Assembly (NCBI RefSeq): GCF_965228705.1
Contig: NZ_OZ245832.1
Span: 1,565,340 to 1,597,339 of the forward strand
Reading direction: 5' to 3'
From: Croceimicrobium sp.
Lineage (GTDB): Bacteria; Bacteroidota; Bacteroidia; Flavobacteriales; Schleiferiaceae
Length of the DNA stretch: 32,000 bases
Below the pieces are notes generated by a model. The model was not told where the DNA came from. It did no database searches and saw only the letters and a list, made by a program, of their open reading frames with translations. A program made the position numbers and the translations under genes. Below, piece by piece: positions 9,668 to 18,925 of the stretch (position 1 is the first letter of the stretch; each line of letters opens with the position of its first letter).

Positions 9668-10075
9668 TTATTCCCAAGGGATATCTGTGAGATCTGCTCG
9701 GTAATCATCAGACTTGGATTGCTCCAAGGTAGCATCGGAAAAAACCAGTAAAAGACTACCCTTTTCTAATGACTCAAAACCATTGTACATTCCCATTGGG
9801 ATGCTTAGCACTTCTGGTTGAGCGTCATTTAACTCATAATCGCCCAGCAGTTCTTGTGTTTCCAAAGACCTCAGCTTAACCCGAAAACGACCTTTAATGA
9901 CATGGAACCACTTGCTCTCCAGTTTATGCCCTTGCCATGCTCGCCGTACTCCTAATTCCGGCTGAATGCTATAAAAACGCTTGACTTGCGACATGTCAAA
10001 GTCATTGATAAAGGAAATAGATCCTCGCGAATCGATATGCCGATTACCTTTTATTATTATCGCTGATTTATCCAA
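9668..10075 (-). CDS. stand-alone cupin protein, WxcM/FdtA/RmlC-like sugar isomerase/epimerase fold
   Basis: 135-aa ORF, similar in size to FdtA/QdtA (~135-140 aa), with 'IDSRGSISFI...VKRFYSI...RRAWQGHKLESKWFHVIKGRFRV'. The FdtA-type 'RGxHAH' is replaced by 'AWQGH', so the first catalytic His is absent. It is inserted between fnlA and fnlB. Confidence 0.55.
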   Translation of the reverse strand: MDKSAIIIKGNRHIDSRGSISFINDFDMSQVKRFYSIQPELGVRRAWQGHKLESKWFHVIKGRFRVKLRSLETQELLGDYELNDAQPEVLSIPMGMYNGFESLEKGSLLLVFSDATLEQSKSDDYRADLTDIPWE

Positions 10076-10105
10076 TGCTCTCTGGATTGCTAAATTCCTT
10101 TTTCC

Positions 10106-11137
10106 CTATACAAGAAAATCTTCCACTTCCTCTCCAAAAAGCTCTTGTCGAACATAAGCCAGCTTCTTCACCAAACTCTTTACGCCTTCCACGTCCAATC
10201 TATTGGTATTATGGGAGTGATAATCTTCGATTTCTGAAATATTGGCTTCGCCTTCCGAGAAATACAAAGCATAATTCAAATCACGATTATCGGCAGGAAT
10301 TCGGTAAAAGTCACCCATATCCTCCGCTTTGATCATTTCTTCTCGAGTACAAAGCGTTTCATAGAGTTTCTCTCCATGGCGGGTTCCGATAACTTTTATT
10401 TCGTTATCCTGACCCGATAGTTCTTTCATAGCTTGGGCCAGATCACCAATGGTCGAAGCCGGTGCTTTATTTACAAACAGGTCTCCAGAGTTCCCATGCT
10501 CAAATGCAAACAGTACCAAATCAACAGCATCATGCAAGCTCATCAAGAAACGGGTCATATTAGGATCCGTAACCGTTAAAGCTTGATTCGATTTCAATTG
10601 ATTAATAAACAATGGAATTACTGAACCTCTGGAAGCCATTACATTTCCGTAGCGAGTTAAGCAAACGGTCGTATCCTTCAGGTTTCGGCTTTCCGCAATC
10701 GCCACTTTTTCCATCATTGCTTTGGAAATTCCCATCGCATTAATAGGATAGGCTGCTTTATCGGTACTCAAACAAATTACCTTTCGCACGGAGTTCATAC
10801 CCGCAGCGCGAATAACGTTATGCGTTCCTTCCACATTGGTTTTAACCGCTTGCATTGGAAAGAACTCACAAGATGGTACTTGCTTTAAGGCGGCAGCATG
10901 AAAAATATAATCAACTCCCCTTGTGGCAGGCTCTACACTTTCGAAATCGCGGACATCCCCAATATAAAAGCGCAGTTTGTCAGACTTCAGACGATTACGC
11001 ATATCGTCTTGCTTCTTTTCATCACGCGAGAAAATTCGAATTTCCGAAAAGTGATCAGTATTCAAAAATCGTTGAAGAACGGCATTCCCGAAGGAGCCTG
11101 TACCACCAGTAATTAAGAGGGTTTTATCCTTAATCAT
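10106..11137 (-). CDS. fnlA: UDP-N-acetylglucosamine 4,6-dehydratase/5-epimerase (FnlA/Cap5E/WbjB-type)
   Basis: 343-aa ORF with 'LLITGGTGSFGNAVLQRFL', 'FHAAALKQVPSCEFFPMQAVKTNV' and 'STDKAAYPINAMGISKAMMEK'. It overlaps the upstream GT by 8 nt. Confidence 0.85.
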   Translation of the reverse strand: MIKDKTLLITGGTGSFGNAVLQRFLNTDHFSEIRIFSRDEKKQDDMRNRLKSDKLRFYIGDVRDFESVEPATRGVDYIFHAAALKQVPSCEFFPMQAVKTNVEGTHNVIRAAGMNSVRKVICLSTDKAAYPINAMGISKAMMEKVAIAESRNLKDTTVCLTRYGNVMASRGSVIPLFINQLKSNQALTVTDPNMTRFLMSLHDAVDLVLFAFEHGNSGDLFVNKAPASTIGDLAQAMKELSGQDNEIKVIGTRHGEKLYETLCTREEMIKAEDMGDFYRIPADNRDLNYALYFSEGEANISEIEDYHSHNTNRLDVEGVKSLVKKLAYVRQELFGEEVEDFLV

Positions 11138-12341
11138 ACTTGTTTTTTTCTAACAATTGTTCAAAATAATTCTTGAGCTTTTCAGCCTGAATTGAGGCAT
11201 TAAACTCCTTTTCAGCCACTTTCCTTCCGTTGGCTCCAATTTTTTCCGCTTCTTCGGGATTACTCAAAGCCCGTCGCATGGCCGATGCAAAAGACTCCGC
11301 ATTGCCAGGTTCCGCGAAAATAACCGTTTCGCCATCGCTTAGATAATCAGGAATTTCTCCTACTGTGGTTGCACACACTGGTTTAGCGGTTGCTAAATAC
11401 TCTCCCAATTTTGTAGGAAATCCGCCTTGAGCTTGACGCGAAGCCGGGCGAGGTAAAAGGAGCACCTTGGCTTTTAAAAGGAAAGAAGGTATTTGGGTTT
11501 TGTCCAATTCACCAATGAATTGAACCTGATCTTTTAAATCTAAATTTTGGAGTAAAACTTCGTGTTTGGGCGAATCTTCATGTCGAGGGCCCGCAATCTT
11601 CAATTTCACCTCCGGAAATTCTTCGGATATCGCTTTAAAGGCTTTTAAAAGAACATCAATTCCATCCTTGTGATTTCCTAACAAACCGATATAAGCTAAA
11701 TACTGCTCCTGGTTCTCAGAGTCGACCTTTTGACTAAAACGCTCAATATCTACCGTCATCGGTAAATGAAGAACCGGCAAATTATTAGGATTCTTAAAAT
11801 TTTGCACTAAGGTTCTGGTCATCAAAGCAATGCCATCCAAAATGTCTATGGTATGCTTCAAATATTCCTTAAGCTTCCATTCTTTTAATAGCCGTACTCG
11901 AAAAGATAGATTATGTTCCCGATGAAAATCCGGAAACTCCGACATTTCGAGGAAAACCAAAGCTTTACGACTGCTTTTTTTAAGTCGTTTCCCCACCTTA
12001 AAACCCAGTAGGGAATCCTGAATCCAAAAGATAACAGGCTCTTGTCCCGATTTCTTGATCAGTCTTTTTGCAAAAAGACCGGAATAGAGAAATGGAAACA
12101 AATAAGAGTTTAAAAAACCCAACTTAGCCGGAAACTTAAAGGGTGCACTATAATAATGGGCCGTACCAAACTCCGCTTTGGTAGCTTCATCCAATTGCTG
12201 TGGATTAATGCCTAAGAAATGGCTCTCAACCTCAAGGTTTAGAGACTTCAGGCCTTTCATTAATCCCAAGGTTCGGTTGGCATCGGCACTATTCACCTTA
12301 AAAAGTGCGGTATCTCGGACTAATATTACTTTCATAAACAA
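11130..12341 (-). CDS. glycosyltransferase family 4 (position suggests a WbuB-like L-FucNAc transferase)
   Basis: 403-aa ORF with C-terminal GT4 signature 'LLPRPASRQAQGGFPTKLGEYLATAKPVCATTVGEIPDYL'. It lies immediately upstream of, and overlapping, fnlA. The donor assignment rests on context only. Confidence 0.7.
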   Translation of the reverse strand: MFMKVILVRDTALFKVNSADANRTLGLMKGLKSLNLEVESHFLGINPQQLDEATKAEFGTAHYYSAPFKFPAKLGFLNSYLFPFLYSGLFAKRLIKKSGQEPVIFWIQDSLLGFKVGKRLKKSSRKALVFLEMSEFPDFHREHNLSFRVRLLKEWKLKEYLKHTIDILDGIALMTRTLVQNFKNPNNLPVLHLPMTVDIERFSQKVDSENQEQYLAYIGLLGNHKDGIDVLLKAFKAISEEFPEVKLKIAGPRHEDSPKHEVLLQNLDLKDQVQFIGELDKTQIPSFLLKAKVLLLPRPASRQAQGGFPTKLGEYLATAKPVCATTVGEIPDYLSDGETVIFAEPGNAESFASAMRRALSNPEEAEKIGANGRKVAEKEFNASIQAEKLKNYFEQLLEKNKYD

Positions 12342-12430
12342 GAGTAGTAGAGCAGGCTAATACGGTTTCTTTAATAATAGCGGGACTAAATATTGGAGGG
12401 CTTCTCTTATAATACTTTGTATACTAATCC

Positions 12431-13621
12431 TTAGGACTCCATCAGCTCTTGATAAACAGACTCCACCATACGCGCATTTCGATCGGCACTATAGAGTTCC
12501 TCTGCCTTCAGTCTCCCCTTCTTTCCCATTTCAATTAAAATGGATTTATCCTCTGCAATTCGATTTAAAGTATTGGCCAATTCTTGGGCACTGTTATAAG
12601 GATATAAAAATCCATTTTCATTGTGATCAACAATCTCACGCATCCCCTCTATATCAGAAGCTACAACTGGCTTCCCTAATGAAAAAGCTTCAATGGCCGG
12701 ACGAGAAAAGTGGGGCTCAACAAAAGGTGAAACCAACAAGTCTGAACCCTTCAGTGACTTCATGGGGTCTTCCGAAAAGCCCGTTAATTTGGCATTTCTT
12801 GAACCACTGATTTCCTTAAAGCTTTGGTACTTCCCAAAGAAAAGCAACTTCTTGAGCTGGAACTTTAATTGACCTTTAACGCCCTCTGCTGCCTGAAATA
12901 CAGGATAGTTGCCTGCAAACTCAATTAAGACATTAGGCTTTAGATACTTTAATGCTTGAGAAATGATTTTGTAACCTTTGATTTTTGAAGCTCCTCCGAG
13001 ATACAACACTTTAAGGGTGGGGCCGGAATTCTCATAGTTGAGTTCGGAGGAATCAGGAATCTTAATCGAATTATAAATCACTACCGACTTATCATCAAGA
13101 CCCAGTCGGTCCATATTATCCTGACTAATATTAATTACTCGATCACAGTTGTCATTGATCAAGCGCCTTAGAATTCCGTATCGGATTCCAAAATAACCTC
13201 GATATACCGCCTCACGATTATGCAGAACAACTTTATAGGCCTGCTTTTTTGCAGCATAAGCCCAACTGCTCAATACATGTGAGTTCAAGTGAACAATATC
13301 GAATTTCTCACTTTTTTGGAAGTATTCTTTTGCCTCCTGATGGGCTACTTTTTTCCAACTTCGATAAACATTCCAATACTTAAAGAAGAACAATGGAGAA
13401 TAACTTCCCGATTTATTGTGGATAAACCAATTCGTGTTGGAAGGGTAAACTTCAACCTGAATATTGTTCTTTTTAAACAAATCGACTACCACGCTATCAC
13501 GCAAACAAAGAACCTTAACATCATAAGTATTCTGATCTAAGCTATTAATCAGGTTGATCAAACTTATGGGAGCTCCGCCCACTCCAAATCCATGATGTAC
13601 ATAAAGTACTTTAGTTTTCAT
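12431..13621 (-). CDS. glycosyltransferase family 4
   Basis: 396-aa ORF with 'VHHGFGVGGAPISLINL' N-domain and 'VSPFVEPHFSRPAIEAFSLGKPVVASDIEGMREIV' EX7E-type C-domain. Confidence 0.75.
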   Translation of the reverse strand: MKTKVLYVHHGFGVGGAPISLINLINSLDQNTYDVKVLCLRDSVVVDLFKKNNIQVEVYPSNTNWFIHNKSGSYSPLFFFKYWNVYRSWKKVAHQEAKEYFQKSEKFDIVHLNSHVLSSWAYAAKKQAYKVVLHNREAVYRGYFGIRYGILRRLINDNCDRVINISQDNMDRLGLDDKSVVIYNSIKIPDSSELNYENSGPTLKVLYLGGASKIKGYKIISQALKYLKPNVLIEFAGNYPVFQAAEGVKGQLKFQLKKLLFFGKYQSFKEISGSRNAKLTGFSEDPMKSLKGSDLLVSPFVEPHFSRPAIEAFSLGKPVVASDIEGMREIVDHNENGFLYPYNSAQELANTLNRIAEDKSILIEMGKKGRLKAEELYSADRNARMVESVYQELMES

Positions 13622-13698
13622 GATGGTTCTTTTCGATTGACTCCGGTACTAGGGAGCCTTTTGTTTTTAGTTTAACAACCGTCAATTTCTTGCGCTGA

Positions 13699-14994
13699 TT
13701 ATTGCTTGATTAGATCATAGGATCTTATAATTAAACTTCCACTCAAGCCCATAAACAATAGACTAAAGGAGGGTATCAACAGGTACTGCCCTACCATTCC
13801 ACCTATAAGTGCTGAAGAAAAAAGCAATACCACCAAGGCAAGAAACAGCTGGCTGATCCGATCATTCTTCCTCATCTGGTACTTGTTGATTATTCTTCCA
13901 TTCAAAAATGTGATTCGAAGGAAAATAAAGGTCACCAGGAGTCCGCTTATCCAGCCACCTGAACGGATCAATTCCAAGGGAAGGTTATGGATACCAAAAC
14001 TCACATCAGAAATTTCGGATCCATCAATATTGTCAAAGCTAATCTCAGGGTACTCCAAAGGTGGACTAAGTTTTGCATCTTCCCTAAGGTATTTTAAACC
14101 TCCAAGCCAAAGGGTGGATCGATCTCCAATTGCTTTAAACTTGGCATAATCCAGGAAGCTATCCAAAGACTCAAAAGGACTGGTTTCTTCCCAATCCCGT
14201 CTCAAGCTTACCCCTGCTGTTTCTACCTGATTAATCGATAAGATAAATAAGGCAACAAATATGATAAGAACTCTTGGTTTGGTTAGGAGACGGGCTCCTA
14301 GTTTAACTCGCTTATTAAACAAGAGCAATAGGGCGAAAGCCAGAATAAATATAATGGTCCCCTTTACGAAGCCCAATACAAATCCAACCATTAAAAAACC
14401 TACCAAGATTAATAGGTCTAAAAAAGTTAATCGCCCATTGTAGTTCCTTAAAAACATTATACCCGACAAGAGCAAGAAAGGGATAAAAAAGAATAAATAC
14501 CTGACTGTAGCCTCCTCTCCTAATCCTAGCTGAATCACAACGAAGATGGCGATGGCGATAAAGAGTTTCTTGAAAAAATCGGTATCCAGATTGCCTCGTA
14601 AAAGTTGCCCCCAAAAGAAGGGAAAGACAGAAAGTGGAAAAGCCAGAGAAGACAATATTTCCACAAAATTATTGCCTATACGAAGTTGCTCCATCACATT
14701 ATAGCCATGCAAAAGAATCAGCAATCCCGAGAAAATTAGCATTATCCGATTGAACTTGAGCTTCCAGAGACTGCTAAAATGGATCAATGTAATCACCATC
14801 GTCCCCATTAGGATAAAGAAGGAAATGGTGGACCCCAGCATGAAATGAAACAATAGGGGAATTATATAATCCACCCTTCTAAGAAAAAGCAGATAAAGCA
14901 CATAAGGAGCCATGGCTACCTTAAATACATCTCCCAAAGTTAAATACAGGGGAATGCAAGCAACACCAATTATCAGATGTATATACCACTTCAT
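13699..14994 (-). CDS. wzy: O-antigen/repeat-unit polymerase (Wzy-like, O-antigen ligase family membrane protein)
   Basis: 431-aa, highly hydrophobic protein with about 10 or more predicted TM segments. One large hydrophilic loop is followed by 'GIHNLPLELIRSGGWISG', which resembles the Wzy_C motif. It lies next to wzx. Confidence 0.65.
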   Translation of the reverse strand: MKWYIHLIIGVACIPLYLTLGDVFKVAMAPYVLYLLFLRRVDYIIPLLFHFMLGSTISFFILMGTMVITLIHFSSLWKLKFNRIMLIFSGLLILLHGYNVMEQLRIGNNFVEILSSLAFPLSVFPFFWGQLLRGNLDTDFFKKLFIAIAIFVVIQLGLGEEATVRYLFFFIPFLLLSGIMFLRNYNGRLTFLDLLILVGFLMVGFVLGFVKGTIIFILAFALLLLFNKRVKLGARLLTKPRVLIIFVALFILSINQVETAGVSLRRDWEETSPFESLDSFLDYAKFKAIGDRSTLWLGGLKYLREDAKLSPPLEYPEISFDNIDGSEISDVSFGIHNLPLELIRSGGWISGLLVTFIFLRITFLNGRIINKYQMRKNDRISQLFLALVVLLFSSALIGGMVGQYLLIPSFSLLFMGLSGSLIIRSYDLIKQ

Positions 14995-14997
14995 CGA

Positions 14998-16467
14998 CTA
15001 GCTATTGCTTTTATTTCTACCTAAGTTCTTTCTTATCAACTGCATAAGCCATTGCGCTTCCTCTTTATTGATCCAATACCAGAAGAATGTTAAGGCCCCA
15101 AATATGATCAGGGGTAAACCCACCAGCTTCATCCCATTGCTAAAGGTATCAATATCGCCTACAAACCAGAAGAGGGCTCCATAAATGAGGATATACAAAA
15201 TATAAGATGTCCAACCTGACTTCATCAGGGTAAGTAGATTCTTATCGATTAATTTAAGAGAGGCATTCAATTGTGGAATCCCACTAATAATCATTGATAT
15301 AAAAATGCCATAAGCGACTCCCACTGCTCCAAAATTAGCGCCGATGAATACCGCCAAGAGGTATATCGGGAAAACGACCAATGAAATCTTCAATAATTTC
15401 TGCGTAGCTCCTTTTGAATTAAAGAGAATGCCTACCAGCTTAACGGCCGGTAAAATGGCTGCATACAAGGTAAGTACTCGTAAAATTGGAGTTACCGCTG
15501 TCCATTTATCTCCTAGTAAGACATCTATTAAAAGGGGGGCATTAATGAAAATATATACCCCGGAAAAGACCGAAACTAGCAATACGATCTTAAACACGAT
15601 TTTAAAGGATCGATACAGTAATTCGTTATTGTCCTGCCGCTTCGAAAATGAACTAAATAAAGTTTGAGCCAGCATCCCATTAATCTGAGTTCCGGGAATA
15701 ACCACCAACTGAAAGCCTCTGTTATATAAGCCCAAGGAAACCTTACCTATTATTTTCCCAATAATTAGACTATCTAAATTCCTGGATAAGTAGCCCACTA
15801 AATTGGAGCCCAATAAAGGCAGCGAAAAATTCAGAAATGACTTTACGTCCTTAAACTGATAATGCAATTTGGGTAACCAACCCGATAACAACCACAGCAT
15901 GGCTGCAAAAAAGAAGGAAGTGAGGATAACCCGGGCAACCAAACTCCAGTATCCAAAACCGTAATAAGCCAGAGCTAAACTTATTCCTCCAGAAAGTAAA
16001 AGGGCTGCAATCCTTCCTTTAAAGATCAGCTTCATATTGAGCTCCTTTCGAAGCAATGCCAACTGCACCGGTACGGTACTGCTGAGAATGAAGTTCAAGG
16101 ATATAATCTGGGTGATGGCAATAAGGCGTGTATCCTCATAAAAGTTTGCCAAAAATCCTGCAGACAGAAAGAAAATAAAACCCAGAAAAACACCAATCAT
16201 GATGTTCAACCAAAACAAGGATGATTTCTGGTTCTCACTAGGATCTTTGGCTTGAATTAAGGCAGAGCCGAAGCCACTGTCAATAAAAAGGTCCAGAAAG
16301 CCCGCCATTACAGTAGCCAGGGCCACTAATCCGAAATCTTCCGGACTAAGTAGCCTGGCGAAGAAAATTCCAAAGGCTAGATTTAAAATCTGGATGCTCA
16401 GATTTTCGGAGCCATTCCAAATTGCCGCAAAGAAAGACTGCTTAAACAGTGATGATTCCCGACTCAT
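14998..16467 (-). CDS. wzx: polysaccharide flippase (Wzx, MOP superfamily)
   Basis: 489-aa multi-TM protein with a typical Polysacc_synt N-terminus: 'SIQILNLAFGIFFARLLSPEDFGLVALATVMAGFLDLFIDSGFGSALIQ'. Confidence 0.8.
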   Translation of the reverse strand: MSRESSLFKQSFFAAIWNGSENLSIQILNLAFGIFFARLLSPEDFGLVALATVMAGFLDLFIDSGFGSALIQAKDPSENQKSSLFWLNIMIGVFLGFIFFLSAGFLANFYEDTRLIAITQIISLNFILSSTVPVQLALLRKELNMKLIFKGRIAALLLSGGISLALAYYGFGYWSLVARVILTSFFFAAMLWLLSGWLPKLHYQFKDVKSFLNFSLPLLGSNLVGYLSRNLDSLIIGKIIGKVSLGLYNRGFQLVVIPGTQINGMLAQTLFSSFSKRQDNNELLYRSFKIVFKIVLLVSVFSGVYIFINAPLLIDVLLGDKWTAVTPILRVLTLYAAILPAVKLVGILFNSKGATQKLLKISLVVFPIYLLAVFIGANFGAVGVAYGIFISMIISGIPQLNASLKLIDKNLLTLMKSGWTSYILYILIYGALFWFVGDIDTFSNGMKLVGLPLIIFGALTFFWYWINKEEAQWLMQLIRKNLGRNKSNS

Positions 16468-16510
16468 TCTAATCCACTGATATTAGTCTGGGAAAAAACA
16501 ATAATGGTTT

Positions 16511-17665
16511 TCACAAATGCTGTGATAAGTTTGTTTTCAATTCTTTAACCACCTGATCCAGACTAATTTCCTTTAAAATCTTAGTTCGATTATCCTTCAT
16601 TTCAGATTCTGAAAGTGGTGCAAATGCTGAGGCATTGCTAGCGACTAAGTCCTCCTCAATAGAGAAAACCTTAATTCCTATTCGTTTTAAAAACCAGTAA
16701 AGGCTGTTCTTTTTACTTAAATACACTTTCGCTCCCAGGTAAATAAGGTTTAAGACGTTTCCTACGGCCTGTTGACGATAATGATACATAAGCGCGATGC
16801 CACAAGATTGCAGTAAACTTTGATAGTCCTTTAAGGCCATGAAATCCAATAGAGGATCAAATTGATCCCCTAAGACAGTCTTGCCTTCCTGTGCAATAAG
16901 CTTAGCATACTGAAGGTCGCCATAATTTAATGGGCATATCACCTGCCCGATTTCGTCCAGGTTTTGCTTCTTTAAATGATGAAAGGCGTCCAGGTGATTA
17001 TTTGAATACGAAGCTGAATTACCTAATAGTATATTCTTGCCATCAACGAATGGAGCATCCCTCTCAATGATAAAATCGGCTGGATAATACGTAAAGGCGA
17101 TCCTTTTAGCTTCCTTCTTAATTAATTCATATTTACGATACAAATCAACTTCCTCCTGATACAGGATTGAAACATAGTCTGCCTGTTTCAAAATTTTCAT
17201 CGAAGCCGTTTGATCCTTATTCCTTCCTAAAAAATCATTTACCGCTTCCTTTAAAAAAGGCCAAAGCAGAAATTTGAAAAAGGTTTTAGGCGCAAAAGTG
17301 CTTTTCTTCACCTTATACAGTCCATATACCTCGATACCATATACAGACCAAACAAAAATCTTTTGGCTAATCTCCGAATAGGTTTCGAAGACAGCGCGAT
17401 GCATAGGACCCAAACCATGGAAAACCAAAACCTTAGACTCACGAATCAAGTCTTCAATTTGCTCCTTTCTGTCCGCCTTAAAACAATCCTTTTGAGATAG
17501 AGTAGAAAGGCCATCCTCAAAGGATATATTCTTTAAAGAACTCTTATCCTCTGCTCCTAAAATGAGAAAGTAATTCTGATCTGGAAAGGCAATTTCATAT
17601 GACTTCCGAGCAGCATTGATAAACTTTTCGTCGGTTCCTAAATGTAAGATCTTCATCCTACTCAC
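16511..17665 (-). CDS. GT56-family glycosyltransferase (WecF-like TDP-4-acylamino-6-deoxyhexose transferase)
   Basis: 384-aa ORF. Blocks are collinear with my recollection of E. coli WecF: 'VFHGL...', 'IFVWSVYGIEVYG', 'ILLGNSASYSNNHLDAFHHLKK', 'VICPLNYGD', 'KDYQSLLQSCGIALMYHYRQQAVGNVLNLIYLGAKVYL'. It lies directly downstream of the WecE-like aminotransferase. Confidence 0.7.
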   Translation of the reverse strand: MSRMKILHLGTDEKFINAARKSYEIAFPDQNYFLILGAEDKSSLKNISFEDGLSTLSQKDCFKADRKEQIEDLIRESKVLVFHGLGPMHRAVFETYSEISQKIFVWSVYGIEVYGLYKVKKSTFAPKTFFKFLLWPFLKEAVNDFLGRNKDQTASMKILKQADYVSILYQEEVDLYRKYELIKKEAKRIAFTYYPADFIIERDAPFVDGKNILLGNSASYSNNHLDAFHHLKKQNLDEIGQVICPLNYGDLQYAKLIAQEGKTVLGDQFDPLLDFMALKDYQSLLQSCGIALMYHYRQQAVGNVLNLIYLGAKVYLSKKNSLYWFLKRIGIKVFSIEEDLVASNASAFAPLSESEMKDNRTKILKEISLDQVVKELKTNLSQHL

Positions 17666-17740
17666 AAGGCCAATTAAAAATGGGTTCCAGGGATTACCTT
17701 TAAACGAGAGCTAAAGGGATCCATAATAAGCGTGAAGTAA

Positions 17741-18877
17741 TTAAAGAATTGTGTCTGAGTTCAATACACTCTCCAGGGATTCAGCCAGGTAGCTAAGCTC
17801 ATCTTCTTCCATAATATAAAAAGGAAGGCGTACAAGTTTTTCACCAGCCACATCGGTGTTATGCATTGTTCCGTTACTTCTGCCGGCCTTTGAGCCCATG
17901 GGGGAAGTATGTAATGGAACATAGCCTATATAAGCTGACACTTCTTTTTCTCTGAGGGCTTCAAGGAATTTTTCTCTGGAAAGGTTCGCAGGTAATTCAA
18001 TCCAAAAAGCGTGGTAATTGGTTTCCACGTCCTCAGGAACTTGAACGTAGCGAATATTCAGTTGATTCTTCTCCAGGATACTGGTGTAGGTATCGAACAA
18101 TACTTTGCGTTTCTCTTGCAGGTACTCTAAATGCGACAACTGATCAAAAAGCAAAGATGCCAGAAGGTCGGAAATAAGAAAAGAGCTTCCCAGGTCTACC
18201 CAAGAATATTTGTTTTTAACGCCCGCCAGTACTAAGCTGCGATCGGTTCCTTTTTCCCATAAAAATTGGGCTCTTCGATCGTATTGCGAATCATTAATGC
18301 ACAGGGCACCACCCTCGCCACAAGAATAACTCTTGGTGGCATGAAAACTGAAGGTTGCCAAATGACCGATAGACCCGGCATACCTTCCTTTATACTTGGA
18401 GTTTACCGCTTGAGCTGCATCTTCGATTACAACCAGATTCTTCTCTTTGGCAAATTCCATGATAGGATCCATATCGCAAACTATACCGGCATAATGAACC
18501 ACAACAATTGCTTTGGTTCTGTCGGTTACAGCTTCCCGGATACTTTCCAGGCTAATATTCTTATTTGCCTCATTTACGTCAACATAAACCGGAACAAAAC
18601 CATGAGTAACAAATGCCAATGCTGTACTACTAAAAGTGTAGGATGGAAGAATTACCTCATCCCCTTTTTCGCCATCTAAAAGCAGAGCACACATTTCCAG
18701 TGCATCTGTACAGCTAGTGGTTAACAAACACTTGCCTATACCAAAAGTATCCTCAATTAGTTTTTGAGTTTTTTTAGTGAAGGGACCATCTCCCCCGTGG
18801 TATCCGGAATCAATAGACTCTCCTATTACTTTCTTTTCATTACCAGTTAATGGTGCTTTAACAAAAGGAATTCTCAT
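17741..18877 (-). CDS. dTDP-4-keto-6-deoxyhexose aminotransferase, WecE-type (DegT/DnrJ/EryC1 family, PLP-dependent)
   Basis: 378-aa ORF with long collinear similarity to WecE: 'IPF...GDGPFTKK', 'LLTTSCTDALEMCALLL', 'GDEVILPSYTFSSTALAFV', 'HYAGIVCDMDPIMEFAKEKNLVVIEDAAQAV', and the PLP-lysine block 'FSFHATKSYSCGEGGA'. Confidence 0.85.
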   Translation of the reverse strand: MRIPFVKAPLTGNEKKVIGESIDSGYHGGDGPFTKKTQKLIEDTFGIGKCLLTTSCTDALEMCALLLDGEKGDEVILPSYTFSSTALAFVTHGFVPVYVDVNEANKNISLESIREAVTDRTKAIVVVHYAGIVCDMDPIMEFAKEKNLVVIEDAAQAVNSKYKGRYAGSIGHLATFSFHATKSYSCGEGGALCINDSQYDRRAQFLWEKGTDRSLVLAGVKNKYSWVDLGSSFLISDLLASLLFDQLSHLEYLQEKRKVLFDTYTSILEKNQLNIRYVQVPEDVETNYHAFWIELPANLSREKFLEALREKEVSAYIGYVPLHTSPMGSKAGRSNGTMHNTDVAGEKLVRLPFYIMEEDELSYLAESLESVLNSDTIL

Positions 18878-18925
18878 GCTTTTAGTTCTTTAGAAATATA
18901 AATTACACACTGATAAATTCGATAC

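Noticed and set aside
7328-11137. The fnlA / cupin / fnlB / fnlC block, considered as a candidate novel system.
   Set aside because: The FnlA/B/C (Cap5E/F/G, WbjB/C/D) UDP-L-FucNAc pathway is well characterised. Only the inserted cupin is noted separately.
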